Assembly (NCBI GenBank): GCA_038231275.1
Contig: JBBRLQ010000006.1
Span: forward strand, 128,001 to 192,000
Direction of reading: 5' to 3'
Origin: Polyangiales bacterium
GTDB taxonomy: Bacteria > Myxococcota_A > Polyangia > Polyangiales > Polyangiaceae
Length of the DNA: 64,000 nucleotides
Made by a program: the position numbers and the translations under genes. Shown piece after piece: positions 1 to 9,107 of this stretch; position 1 is the stretch's first letter; each line of letters starts with the position of its first letter. The notes under the pieces are model-generated. The model did no database searches. It saw nothing but the letters and a program-made list of their open reading frames with translations, and had not been told where the DNA came from.

Positions 1-487
1 TCTTCAGCTCGGGATCGTCGCCCGCCGTCCCCGCGAGCGGCGCGCGCGCACGAAGCGCCTCGAGCGCACGCGGGGAGCCCATGCGTCCGAGCGACTGCGC
101 GATCGTCTTCAGCACCGGCGCGCTCGTCTCGCTGCCCCACGCGACGAGCAGCGCGTCCTCCGCCTCTTTCGTCCGCACGCGGCCGAGCTCGCCCAGCGCG
201 TTGCGCCGCGTCTTCGGATCCGCGTCCGTCGCCGCGTGGAGCAGGAAAGGTGCGACCTCGGGCGCCGTCAGCCGGCCGATCACCCGGACGAGCCGCGCCC
301 GGACCCGTGGGGCGACCTTCTCTGCGAGCGCGATCGCGCGAGGGGCCAGCGGCGCGCCGATACGGACCAGAGCGCGGGACGCCAGCTCGGCCGGTTCGTC
401 CTCCTCCGACAGCATCTCCACGAGCGCTTCGGTGTCACGGATGCTAGGCGTAAAGCCAGGATCCGTTAGCCTTTTGCGAAGATCCAC
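1..487 (-). CDS. HEAT-repeat protein, N-terminal part (runs off window start)
   Basis: Manual minus-strand translation from GTG at 487: MDLRKRLTDPGFTPSIRDTEALVEML...DADPKTRRNALGELGR...TIAQSLGRMGSPRALEAL. HEAT/PBS-lyase-like helical repeats; absent from the ORF track because it is truncated. Confidence 0.7.
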   Translation of the reverse strand, partial: MDLRKRLTDPGFTPSIRDTEALVEMLSEEDEPAELASRALVRIGAPLAPRAIALAEKVAPRVRARLVRVIGRLTAPEVAPFLLHAATDADPKTRRNALGELGRVRTKEAEDALLVAWGSETSAPVLKTIAQSLGRMGSPRALEALRARAPLAGTAGDDPELK

Positions 488-556
488 GCGATTCGCAGGG
501 CCTGCCACGAAGGCACCGTAACCGGCCTGACCCCTCGCGCGTACAGGTATCGACCC

Positions 557-1315
557 ATGCGCCGCCCCGAAGACCCCAAGCAAGCCCCCAAAACGTCGTC
601 GAGCCACCCCGAAGATCTCTTCGTGCCTTCGATGGGACGACGCTCGTTCCTGCGGCGCGTCGCGGGCGCCGGCACAGTCGCGCTCGCCCTCGGCGGCGCA
701 ACGTACGTCTTCGCGAGCGAAGAAGAGGAGAAGAAGGCACGCGGCACCCAGCGCGCCGATGGCCGCCCCCGCCTCCCCCCGAACCAATACCTCCTCAAGC
801 GCCTGCGCCCGATGGGCGGCGAAGAAGGCGACCCGAGCCCCGGCGCGTTCCGCATCAAGGTGCATGGCGAGGTCGAGCAGCCGTTCGAGATCGATTTCGC
901 CGAGCTCCTCAAGATGCCGCAGATCGAGCAGGTGTGCGACGTGCACTGCGTCACCAAGTGGACGATGCTCGACGCGAAGTGGACCGGCGTGCGCGTCGCC
1001 GATCTCGCCGCGCGCGCGAAGCCGAAGCCGTCGGCGCGCCACGTCGTCTTCGAGGCCGCGCACGGCTACACGTCGAACGTGCCGCTCAAGGAGGCGCTCA
1101 TGCCGAACGTTCTCGTCGCGCACAAGCACGAGGGCACGCCGCTCGGGCGTCCGCACGGCGCGCCCGTTCGCGCGCTGGTCCCCGATCTGTATTTCTGGAA
1201 GAGCGCGAAGTGGCTCCGCGCGATCCGCTTCGTCTCGCGCGACGAGCCGGGCTACTGGGAGACGCGCGGCTACCACAACCACGCCGATCCCTGGACCGAG
1301 GAGCGTTACGGTTGA
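557..1315 (+). CDS. Tat-exported molybdopterin-dependent oxidoreductase (sulfite oxidase/MsrP/YuiH family)
   Basis: RRSFL twin-arginine signal; DVHCVTKW (Mo-ligating Cys), HGAPVR, YFWKSAKWL, GYWETRGYH motifs. Confidence 0.9.
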   Translation: MRRPEDPKQAPKTSSSHPEDLFVPSMGRRSFLRRVAGAGTVALALGGATYVFASEEEEKKARGTQRADGRPRLPPNQYLLKRLRPMGGEEGDPSPGAFRIKVHGEVEQPFEIDFAELLKMPQIEQVCDVHCVTKWTMLDAKWTGVRVADLAARAKPKPSARHVVFEAAHGYTSNVPLKEALMPNVLVAHKHEGTPLGRPHGAPVRALVPDLYFWKSAKWLRAIRFVSRDEPGYWETRGYHNHADPWTEERYG

Positions 1316-1884
1316 AGGCGACGAAGACCGCCTTCCCGTGGCGGGCGTGGCTGCGGGCGATTCATCGGGACATGGGCTACGTCGCCGTCGGGCTGACGTT
1401 CATCTACGCGCTGAGCGGCCTCGCCGTGAACCACATCGCGCAGTGGGACCCGAACTTCACCGGCTACGAGAAGACCTACGAGCTCGCGCCGCTCACCGGC
1501 GACGCCGACGCGGTGGCGAGCGCGGTCCTCGGCAAGCTCGGCGTGAACGACAAACCGCGCGAGGTCTACTCGGCCGCGCCGGACTCGGTCGAGATCGTCT
1601 TTGACGCGCGCACCCTGCACGTGAACCCGCTCACCGGCCACGTCATCGACGAGGGGAAAAAGCCGCGATTTTTGCTGCGCGTCGCCAACTGGCTGCACTT
1701 GAACCGCGGCAAGCCGGCGTGGCGGTACATCGCCGACGCGTACGCCGTGGCGCTCCTCCTCTTGTCTACGTCGGGCATGTTCATGATCAAGGGCGGCAAA
1801 GGCATCATCGGACGCGGAGCCTTTTTGGTGGCGGCCGGCGCGGCGATTCCCATCTTGTACGTGACGCTCGCAGGCGGGCCGTAG
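1312..1884 (+). CDS. PepSY-associated TM helix protein
   Basis: TTG start overlapping upstream TGA; RAIHRDMGY, SGLAVNH, NWLHLN conserved-His TM motifs. Confidence 0.8.
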   Translation: MKATKTAFPWRAWLRAIHRDMGYVAVGLTFIYALSGLAVNHIAQWDPNFTGYEKTYELAPLTGDADAVASAVLGKLGVNDKPREVYSAAPDSVEIVFDARTLHVNPLTGHVIDEGKKPRFLLRVANWLHLNRGKPAWRYIADAYAVALLLLSTSGMFMIKGGKGIIGRGAFLVAAGAAIPILYVTLAGGP

Positions 1885-1902
1885 CCCCCGTATCGTCAGC
1901 CG

Positions 1903-2862
1903 ATGAAGGCGCTCACGTTCTCGCGCTTCGGCGGGCCCGAGGTCCTCGAGCTCCGGGACGTGCCCGATCCGGTGCCGTCGCCTGGCCATGCGCTCGTTCG
2001 CACGAAGGCCATCGGGATGAATTTTGCCGATGTGTACCGCAGGAAGGGCAACTACCACCTGGAGGGATCGCCGCCGTGGATCCTCGGGTACGAAGGGGCC
2101 GGCGTCGTCGAGGTCGCGGCGGACGGCGTGCGCGTGGGAGAGCGCGTGGCCTTCGCGGACGCGCCTCACGCGAACGCGGAGCTCGTGAGCGTTCCGGTCG
2201 ACAAGCTCGTGCCGCTGCCCGACGACGTGTCGTTCGAGACGGGCGCGGCGCTCCTTCTTCAGGGGCTGACGGCGCACTACCTCGTGCACGACAGCTACGC
2301 GCTGAGGTCCGGCGACGAAGCGCTCGTGCACGCGGCGGCCGGCGGCGTCGGGCTCCTGCTCGTCCAGATCGCCAAGCTCAAAGGCGCACGCGTCACCGGA
2401 CTGGTTTCGTCGGAGGCCAAGCGCGCCTCGGCCGAAGGCGCCGGCGCCGCGGCGGTGCACGTGTACGGGAAGGGCTGGGCCGACGACGCGCGCGCGGGCA
2501 CGCCCGAGGGTCGCGGCTTCGACGTCGTGTACGACAGCGTCGGCGCGACGCTCGATCGCAGCCTCGCCGCCGCGCGCACCGGCGGGCACGTGGTCTTCTA
2601 TGGAATGGCGGGCGGCGATCCTGCGCCGGTCGATCCTCGCCGACTGATGGACGAGAGCAAGACACTCACCGGCGGTGATCTATGGAACGTCCTCACCTCG
2701 CGTGACGAGCGCGTGCGGCGCGCAGGAGAGCTCTTTTCGTGGGTCCGGAGCGGCGCGTTGCGCGTGCACGTCGGCGGCATCTTCCCGCTCGCCGACGGAC
2801 GCCGCGCGCACGAGACCCTCGAAGGTCGCGCGAGCACCGGCAAGCTGCTGCTAATTCCTTAG
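1903..2862 (+). CDS. qor: NADPH:quinone oxidoreductase (zeta-crystallin/MDR family)
   Basis: GGPEVL, LGYEGAG, LQGLTAHYL, HAAAGGVG, YDSVG, STGKLLL. Confidence 0.9.
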   Translation: MKALTFSRFGGPEVLELRDVPDPVPSPGHALVRTKAIGMNFADVYRRKGNYHLEGSPPWILGYEGAGVVEVAADGVRVGERVAFADAPHANAELVSVPVDKLVPLPDDVSFETGAALLLQGLTAHYLVHDSYALRSGDEALVHAAAGGVGLLLVQIAKLKGARVTGLVSSEAKRASAEGAGAAAVHVYGKGWADDARAGTPEGRGFDVVYDSVGATLDRSLAAARTGGHVVFYGMAGGDPAPVDPRRLMDESKTLTGGDLWNVLTSRDERVRRAGELFSWVRSGALRVHVGGIFPLADGRRAHETLEGRASTGKLLLIP

Positions 2863-2884
2863 CATCTTACCAAGCGACTCTCGA

Positions 2885-3841
2885 TCAGGCGTCGGCGTCG
2901 CCGAAGATCGTGAGCGCGAGCTCCACGCAGTCGCGGCAGATGATCGTGCCGTTGCTCTCCGCGGTGTCGCCGGCGATCTGATCGCAGAACGCGCACGTGG
3001 CCTCGGTCTTCGCGATCACGAGGCCCGCCGCGCACGACGCGCAGACCGCCGCGGTCTCACGCCGCGTCGCGCTCGTACCGGAGACGAGGCGCCGATCGGA
3101 CGCGCTCCTGTCACAGAAGCTGCACCGAGCGGCGGCGCGCGGCGCGGGGATGCTCGCGCGGCTCTGCGGGATCTCGAACTGACCCGAGTCGTCGGCGCCG
3201 GACGGCAGCGTCTCGCGCCCTTCGTCGACCGGCTCGGGCGCCTCCATCCCCAAGAGCGCGTGCAGGAGGTGCCATCCGTTGCCGAACGCCGAGAAGCCGT
3301 CGCCGACCAGGACCGTGTCGACCGCCGCGTGCTTTTCCACGATCCGCCGAACAGAGAGCTGCGCGCGCGCGGCGTCCTTCAGCTTCTCCTGCGGGAGCAT
3401 CGTGAGCGAGCCGGCGCGGTGCGCGCGGACCAGATCTCCGAAGATGAGCGTCGTCCGCTCGAGCGAAAGCGCGAGCTCGCCTGGGGTCTTGCTGCCTTCG
3501 AGCTCGAAGACGAAGAGGCCGCGCACGAGCTCCTCGCCGTCGGCGAGCCAGCGCTGGCAACGGACCGGGAACGTCTTCTCCTCTGCACGCGGACCCGCGA
3601 TCTGCGCGCCGAGCTCCGCAGCGAGCGCCTCCGTCGCGCGCACGTGATCGGAGTTGGTGACGACGATCCACGAGGCGCCGCCGAGCGCGGCGAGGTGCGC
3701 GCGATCGTGCGGCGTCATCGGCAGCGGATCGACGAGCACGTTCCCCTCGGGGCGCACCCACAAGAGGCCGTTGAAGTCGACGTCGCGTGCCTCGTCGAAC
3801 ACCGACCACGCGTACAGATCCGCCCGGTGAAGCCGTTTCAT
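2885..3841 (-). CDS. Metallo-beta-lactamase-fold protein fused to two ClpX-type C4 zinc fingers
   Basis: N-terminal VLVDP...TNSDHVR...GSKTPGE...GD; C-terminal CSFC..CASC and CAFC..ICRDCVEL. Confidence 0.75.
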   Translation of the reverse strand: MKRLHRADLYAWSVFDEARDVDFNGLLWVRPEGNVLVDPLPMTPHDRAHLAALGGASWIVVTNSDHVRATEALAAELGAQIAGPRAEEKTFPVRCQRWLADGEELVRGLFVFELEGSKTPGELALSLERTTLIFGDLVRAHRAGSLTMLPQEKLKDAARAQLSVRRIVEKHAAVDTVLVGDGFSAFGNGWHLLHALLGMEAPEPVDEGRETLPSGADDSGQFEIPQSRASIPAPRAAARCSFCDRSASDRRLVSGTSATRRETAAVCASCAAGLVIAKTEATCAFCDQIAGDTAESNGTIICRDCVELALTIFGDADA

Positions 3842-3883
3842 TCGCCGCCTAGTCGACCCCGCCTGGCCCGCGAGCGCAAGCCG

Positions 3884-5296
3884 CTACTTGGCCTTGAAGT
3901 CGTACCAGAGCTTCTTGAGGCGCCAGAGCCGGTCGGGACCGAGGTCGTCTCCCTTGGGCTGCATGAACCGGATCTTCTGCTCGAGCGGCACGAACGCCTC
4001 GCGCGCGTGGTACTTCGTCTGGATCTCTTCGTACGAGCCGAAGTCGTACACCTCGCGCAGCTCCTCGGCGGTCAGGTACGAGACGCCCCACAAAGAAGGC
4101 ACGTCCACGAATTTTTGCAGCGCCCGCAGCGCCGCGAAGCTCGTGTAGCCCTTCGCCCACGGCTCGCCGTAGATCCCGATGTCGACGACCATCTCGGGAT
4201 GCGCCGCCATCTTGCGCGGTGTCGCGAACGCGAGGCCGAGCGAACCGCCGCCGGCCGGACAATTCCACAGCGGGTGTACGTCGAGGTTTTTTTGGACGTA
4301 CGCGATGCCCTCGTCGAGTCGGCTCAGGCGAATTCCCATGTCCTGGTTCACGAGCGAGCGTTCGGCGATCTCGATCGGCAAGTTCCCCTTGAAGCCGCTC
4401 GTCTTCACCTTCGCCTCGACCTCGCGATCGAGGTAGGCGCGGCCCAGGCGCGTGTGGCTGAAGATCTTCAGGTCGGCGATGATTCCGGCGAGCCACAAGA
4501 GGCCGCGTTGGTGGCGGAACATGTACTGGTGCGTGGGGATGAGATCTTCCTCTCCCTTCTTCGCGAGCGCCTCTGCGTGTTGGTAAAACCAGGGGAGGCC
4601 CGGCGTCATCGCCTCGAAGACCGGGACCTTCGCGTCGACCTCTGCGTAGTCGCCGGTGCAGAGGACGTACGACGACACGCCAAGGACGAACCCTTCGACG
4701 AACTCGTGGCCGGCGAGCGCGTCGGTGAAGGCGGCGACGTACTCGCTGCGCTTCGTGAAATGGCGGTAGGCCGTGCGCACGAAGGGGAGCGCCTCGCCGA
4801 GGTCGAGCGTCGCGCGCGTGACGATGCCGAGGGTTCCGTAGGAGCCGGGGAGGTGCGAGAGGAGATCGGCGTGGCTCGTCTTCGTCGCCTCCACGACGTC
4901 GCCGTTGCCGAGGACGACCTCGAGCGCCGCGAGGCTCGCGGGGAAAACGCCGTGGCGGTGCGAGCTCGTCTCGATGCCGAGGCCGTTCACGAGGCCGGCG
5001 ATCGTGAACGTCTCGAACTCGGGCACGACCTTGGGCATGAGGCCGACAGGGAGCGTCGCTTTGCACAGCGCGCCGAGCGTGAGCTGCCCTTCGACCGTGG
5101 CGGTGCGCTTCGCTTCGTCGATCGCGAGCACGCCGTCGAGCCCTTCGACGTCGACGGGGTGCGCGTCGTTCTTGTAGGCGAGATCGTGCGGTGTGTGACC
5201 GGGGTGCGCTTTGCGGATCGTGAGGCGCTTCCCCTTCGGGCGCGCGCGCACTTGCTCGGCGACTCGGCGAACGCGTTCGTCGTGGGCATCGGCCAT
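3884..5296 (-). CDS. FAD-binding oxidoreductase, Delta24-sterol reductase (DHCR24/DIMINUTO)-like
   Basis: VVPEFETFTIAGLVNGLGIETSSHRHG, GSYGTLG, PWFYQH, QDMGI, PLWNCP, VDIGIYGEP; start placed at MADAHDERV. Confidence 0.8.
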   Translation of the reverse strand: MADAHDERVRRVAEQVRARPKGKRLTIRKAHPGHTPHDLAYKNDAHPVDVEGLDGVLAIDEAKRTATVEGQLTLGALCKATLPVGLMPKVVPEFETFTIAGLVNGLGIETSSHRHGVFPASLAALEVVLGNGDVVEATKTSHADLLSHLPGSYGTLGIVTRATLDLGEALPFVRTAYRHFTKRSEYVAAFTDALAGHEFVEGFVLGVSSYVLCTGDYAEVDAKVPVFEAMTPGLPWFYQHAEALAKKGEEDLIPTHQYMFRHQRGLLWLAGIIADLKIFSHTRLGRAYLDREVEAKVKTSGFKGNLPIEIAERSLVNQDMGIRLSRLDEGIAYVQKNLDVHPLWNCPAGGGSLGLAFATPRKMAAHPEMVVDIGIYGEPWAKGYTSFAALRALQKFVDVPSLWGVSYLTAEELREVYDFGSYEEIQTKYHAREAFVPLEQKIRFMQPKGDDLGPDRLWRLKKLWYDFKAK

Positions 5297-5324
5297 GCGG
5301 CCAGCGTACCAGCCGACGCGAGCG

Positions 5325-7211
5325 TCAGAGCGTCGACAGGTAGGCGACGAGATCCGAGACGTCGCCCGGGGCGAGCGCGCTCGTGTTGCCGTGCTTGTCG
5401 CCGCCGCCGCAGCTCCCGAAACGATCGGCGAGAGTCTCCGCGCAGCCGGCGTGGAGGAACGGCGCGCGGTGGGCGACGCCGACGAGCGACGGGACCTGGA
5501 GCCTGCCACCGGTGCCGACGTCGACGGTGGCGTTGTTCGTGAGCTGCGGACCCGCGTGGCATGCGGAACAGCCCGCGCTTCCCGCGAAGAGGACACGACC
5601 GCGCACCGCAGCGATGGGATCGGCCGACGTGATCGCGGCCGGCGCGGGGATGGCGAAGAGCCAGCCTTGGAGTGCGTCGCGCTTGTCGTCGGAGATCTCG
5701 GGACCGCTCATCCCTTGCTGATAAACCTGCCGAACGAGCGCCGCGACGCCCGCGAGCTCGCCGGACCAGTGGTAAGGCGCGGTCCCCGAGAGCGTTCCCT
5801 TCAGCGACGGCGTTCTCCTGCGGCCCTGCGCAGTGAACGACCACACGAGGCCGTCGTCGCCGCCTTCCGCGTGGCAGGACGCGCACGCGACGCCGGCGCC
5901 GGTGTCGGAGTGGAAGATGGCGTGTCCGGTGTCCTCGCGCGACGGCGCGTCGGGAATCGCGATCCGCACCGGCTCCTTGCCGTACGCGATCGGCGCCACG
6001 ACGAGGGCGGCGGGCTCGCGCACGAAGGCGACGACGGTGCGATCGTCGACGAAGACGACGGACGTGATCTGCCCGCCCAGCGTTCGTACGGGCGTCGAGG
6101 TGCAGCGCGTGGAGCCCGAGGAGGACCGCGTGACGCCCGCGGTATAGTGGATTTGGAGCGACGCGCCGTCGTGGGTGTGCCCCTTCGCAGCGGCGACGAT
6201 CGCGAACGCGTCGCCGGACGGATTGACCGCAACGTCCACGGGGAGCGTGGCGCCGCGGAAGACGACGCCGTCGTCGGGATCGCCGAGCCATGTCAACTGC
6301 GCGGCGACGGCCGGCGCGGGCGCGGGACCGCTGAAGCCCGCGCACGGACCCCCGCCGGAATAATAGGGAGGGACCTCGCCACCGCCGATCGCGTGGTTGT
6401 CGATCGTGCGGCTCGCGAGTTGGTGGATGACGAGCGGACTCTGTCCGGCCGCGCCGGGGACCATGCGCCACGCGATCGCCGCGTTCATGAGCGGCGCGAC
6501 GGTGTCGCCTGGACGCACCCGTGTGCGCACGGTGCCGGCCGCGGAGACGGTGAGCACCTCCGCCGAGCGAAAGCGACTCACATGGACGTCGCCAAACTCG
6601 CCGACGACGACGTCGCGGAGATCGAGGTCGAGGCTCAACGTGCGAGTCGGCGCACCACCCTCGGCGGGGATCGTCACGAGCTCACCGCCGGCGCACGCGA
6701 CGTGGACCGCCGATGCAGACGGGTCGTAGGCGACGCCACGAGGCGCTGCGCACACGTCCTGACGTCTCACGATCAAGCCCTTTTCCACATCGATCGTGAC
6801 GAGCGCGCCCCCGCGGCGCAGCGCGACGAACGCGGTGCCGGCGCCGTCGGTCGTCACGCGGCCGGGCTCGTCGCCGTCGGCCAGCGGGATCGTCCTCACC
6901 GTGCGCGCATCGATCTCCGCGACGTAAATCGCGTCGCGATCGGGATCGGCGGCGATCACGTATCGCTTCGTGCTCCAAGACCGCGAGACCGTCGTCGTGG
7001 CAATCGTCCCACCGCTGAGCGCAGGGGCGCCGGAGAAGCGCCGCGTGTCGCCGAAGTCGGGCGCGCCTGCACGCGTGATGCGGGACGTGCCCCCGTCGTA
7101 GGCGGGCGGCGTGTACGGAGTGCCGCCGCTGTCGTCGCTCGAGCCCCAATGCCCGAGGCTGCTGCAACCCGCGAGGACGAGCGCGTACGCGCCCACGAGC
7201 GAAGCTCTCAT
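5325..7211 (-). CDS. Lipoprotein: beta-propeller plus di-heme cytochrome c (bCcP/MauG-like)
   Basis: Lipobox LAGC; YVTN-like propeller repeats; CASCH and CSACH; RRTPSL, TAPYHW, VPSL..APFLH. Confidence 0.8.
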   Translation of the reverse strand: MRASLVGAYALVLAGCSSLGHWGSSDDSGGTPYTPPAYDGGTSRITRAGAPDFGDTRRFSGAPALSGGTIATTTVSRSWSTKRYVIAADPDRDAIYVAEIDARTVRTIPLADGDEPGRVTTDGAGTAFVALRRGGALVTIDVEKGLIVRRQDVCAAPRGVAYDPSASAVHVACAGGELVTIPAEGGAPTRTLSLDLDLRDVVVGEFGDVHVSRFRSAEVLTVSAAGTVRTRVRPGDTVAPLMNAAIAWRMVPGAAGQSPLVIHQLASRTIDNHAIGGGEVPPYYSGGGPCAGFSGPAPAPAVAAQLTWLGDPDDGVVFRGATLPVDVAVNPSGDAFAIVAAAKGHTHDGASLQIHYTAGVTRSSSGSTRCTSTPVRTLGGQITSVVFVDDRTVVAFVREPAALVVAPIAYGKEPVRIAIPDAPSREDTGHAIFHSDTGAGVACASCHAEGGDDGLVWSFTAQGRRRTPSLKGTLSGTAPYHWSGELAGVAALVRQVYQQGMSGPEISDDKRDALQGWLFAIPAPAAITSADPIAAVRGRVLFAGSAGCSACHAGPQLTNNATVDVGTGGRLQVPSLVGVAHRAPFLHAGCAETLADRFGSCGGGDKHGNTSALAPGDVSDLVAYLSTL

Positions 7212-7244
7212 AGGAACCCTCCGTTTCGGTGGTGCGCTCGCTAG

Positions 7245-7260
7245 AGCAACGTCCGTACCG
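7245..7260 (-). promoter_or_regulatory. sigma54 (-24/-12) promoter of the di-heme cytochrome gene
   Basis: Minus strand CGGTACG-GACG-TTGCT, GG-N10-GC spacing, about 35 nt upstream of ATG; RBS GGAGGG. Confidence 0.65.
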
Positions 7261-7341
7261 CGGCGGCGCGCGTCGAAGTCACGGAGATCGCCGCGCGCGA
7301 GAGGCCCGCACTGTGGTGAACGGGCGACGGTGTCGTCCGCG

Positions 7342-8463
7342 TCACCCGTGCCGGACGATGTCGTGGAGAATCGCGTCGGACTCTTTCTTCGCCCACACCG
7401 CGAACTCCGCCATGAACGCTTTGACCTCGCGGAAGCGGTTCACGATGCTCGCCTTGTCTCCCATCGCGATCGCGCGCGCGAAGTGGGCGGCCTCCTGCTC
7501 GAACTTGTGGCTGATCGCGGCCCCCTCGGCGTTCGCGGTCAGGATGTCGGCGTAGAGCTCGGCGCCCTGGGAGAACATGCGCCCGACCATCGCGAGCTCG
7601 GTGCGGTAGATCGGGCTCGCGAACTGGAGCGAGCGCGGCAAGTCCGCCTTCTGTCGTTCGAGCACCGAACCGAGCACCATCGTCTTCTCGTGGACGAGCA
7701 CTTGGATGAGCGCCATCTGCGCGTCGTGCTCTTCGGCGGTGGCCTCGATGATCTCCGCGCCGAACGCCTCGAACAGATCACGGACGCGCGACGCGCCGGA
7801 CGCGCCACGCCCTGCGCAGAGGACGACCTTCTGTCGGTCCATGTCGTCGCCGCTGGGGCCGAACATCGGGTGCGTGCCGACGACGTCGACCTCTGGCTTC
7901 GTCGCGCGGAGCATCGCCTCGAGCGGCGCGCGCTTCACGCTCGTCACGTCGCAGAGGCACGCCCCCGCGCGCACGTGCGGACCGATCTCTTCGATGACCG
8001 CCAGCGTCGCCGCGATTGGCACCGCGACGATCACGAGATCGTGGCGCGACGCGACGTCGACGTTCGGCGCGCCGACGCCGAGGCCGGTCGTCTCCACCGC
8101 ATAGCCCGCGCCCGAGAGGAGGCGAGCGAGGAAGGCGCCCATTCCGGCGGTCCCTCCCAAGATGCCGACCGAGAACCGCTCGCGATGCTCGAACAGCTTC
8201 TCGCGCTGCGCCGCGCGCGACGCCGCGAAGAGGGTCCCGAACACGTCACGCAGAACGTCGCCCGGCACGCCCTCCATCGCCGCGCGCGCGTGGAGATCAT
8301 CCATGTGGGCCCCTTCGCGCTCGCGATCGAACGAGGGCAGGCCCGCCTCCGCCTTGTACGACGCGACGCGCCGGATCAGGCGCATGCGCTCACCCAGGTG
8401 CCGGACGATTTGCTCGTCACAGTGGGTGAGCGCGGCGCGGAGGCTTCGAAGATCGTCGCTCAT
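7342..8463 (-). CDS. tyrA: Bifunctional chorismate mutase/prephenate dehydrogenase
   Basis: N-terminal AroQ domain (LR...D...R...K...D.ERE); GILGGTAGMG, DVTSVK, HPMFGP, EHDAQMA. Confidence 0.92.
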   Translation of the reverse strand: MSDDLRSLRAALTHCDEQIVRHLGERMRLIRRVASYKAEAGLPSFDREREGAHMDDLHARAAMEGVPGDVLRDVFGTLFAASRAAQREKLFEHRERFSVGILGGTAGMGAFLARLLSGAGYAVETTGLGVGAPNVDVASRHDLVIVAVPIAATLAVIEEIGPHVRAGACLCDVTSVKRAPLEAMLRATKPEVDVVGTHPMFGPSGDDMDRQKVVLCAGRGASGASRVRDLFEAFGAEIIEATAEEHDAQMALIQVLVHEKTMVLGSVLERQKADLPRSLQFASPIYRTELAMVGRMFSQGAELYADILTANAEGAAISHKFEQEAAHFARAIAMGDKASIVNRFREVKAFMAEFAVWAKKESDAILHDIVRHG

Positions 8464-8515
8464 CGGCGGGGAGTGTAGAACAAACCCCGCACGCGAGCGC
8501 GCGCACGTACGAAGG

Positions 8516-8776
8516 TCAGTGCGTGTCGGCGAAAGCGCAGCCGCGATCGGTCTCCTTGATCGCGTTGTCGACGTGCTTCAGCGCCTCGACGCGCCAGCCG
8601 CCCTTGTTGTGCTCGGCCTTCTCGAGAGACGCGCGCGCGGCGCGGAGGCCGGTGAGCGCCGCCGCCATGTTCGGCTGGTCGTGACAGACGCCACCCGCGG
8701 CCGATGCGGTCTGAACGCCGATCGAGACGACGAGGCCAGTGAGCGAGACGAGCGCGATGGGCTTCCACAGGTTCAT
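8516..8776 (-). CDS. Small secreted helical protein
   Basis: RBS AAGGAG; signal peptide; QPNMAAAL...HNKGGWRVEAL; two Cys. Confidence 0.8.
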   Translation of the reverse strand: MNLWKPIALVSLTGLVVSIGVQTASAAGGVCHDQPNMAAALTGLRAARASLEKAEHNKGGWRVEALKHVDNAIKETDRGCAFADTH

Positions 8777-8901
8777 GAGTGCTCTCCTTGGGGACGGGTT
8801 GGGGCTCCACGAAAATCGCGGACGGTGCGTCCGACGGTCCCTACGCGCGCGAGATTCACCTCGCGTCACGCGATAGGCAAGCCCCGACGAAGAGATCACT
8901 C

Positions 8902-9005
8902 GACGTGGACGCGCACGCGTCCGGGCACGACCCCTCAGCTTGCAAGGAGACGATCTCGACGCGACGCCCGCAGACGTGGACGCGCGGACGTCCGGGGGTG
9001 ACCCC
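8902..9005. repeat. Two 33-bp imperfect direct repeats, each with a GGAC-N8-GTCC dyad (probable operator pair)
   Basis: GACGTGGACGCGCacgCGTCCGGGcacGACCCC at 8902-8934 and GACGTGGACGCGCggaCGTCCGGGggtGACCCC at 8973-9005. Confidence 0.7.
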
Positions 9006-9107
9006 ACACGAGGGCAAACGATCGCGCTTATTTTTGCGGCCTTCGGGCTCGTCACGACGGCCGACGAAGGACGCACGAGCTAAGCTGCTCCTTCGATGGA
9101 GGTCTTC

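Noticed and set aside
3260-7244. Long antisense and alternate-frame ORFs here and throughout (e.g. 3260..5542, 5211..7244, 27167..29464, 48795..50918)
   Set aside because: Shadow ORFs typical of high-GC DNA; Arg/Ala-rich, motif-free and overlapping well-supported genes.
8902-9005. Mini CRISPR array (33-bp repeat, 38-bp spacer)
   Set aside because: Only two copies with six internal mismatches, no cas genes and no AT-rich leader; an operator pair fits better.
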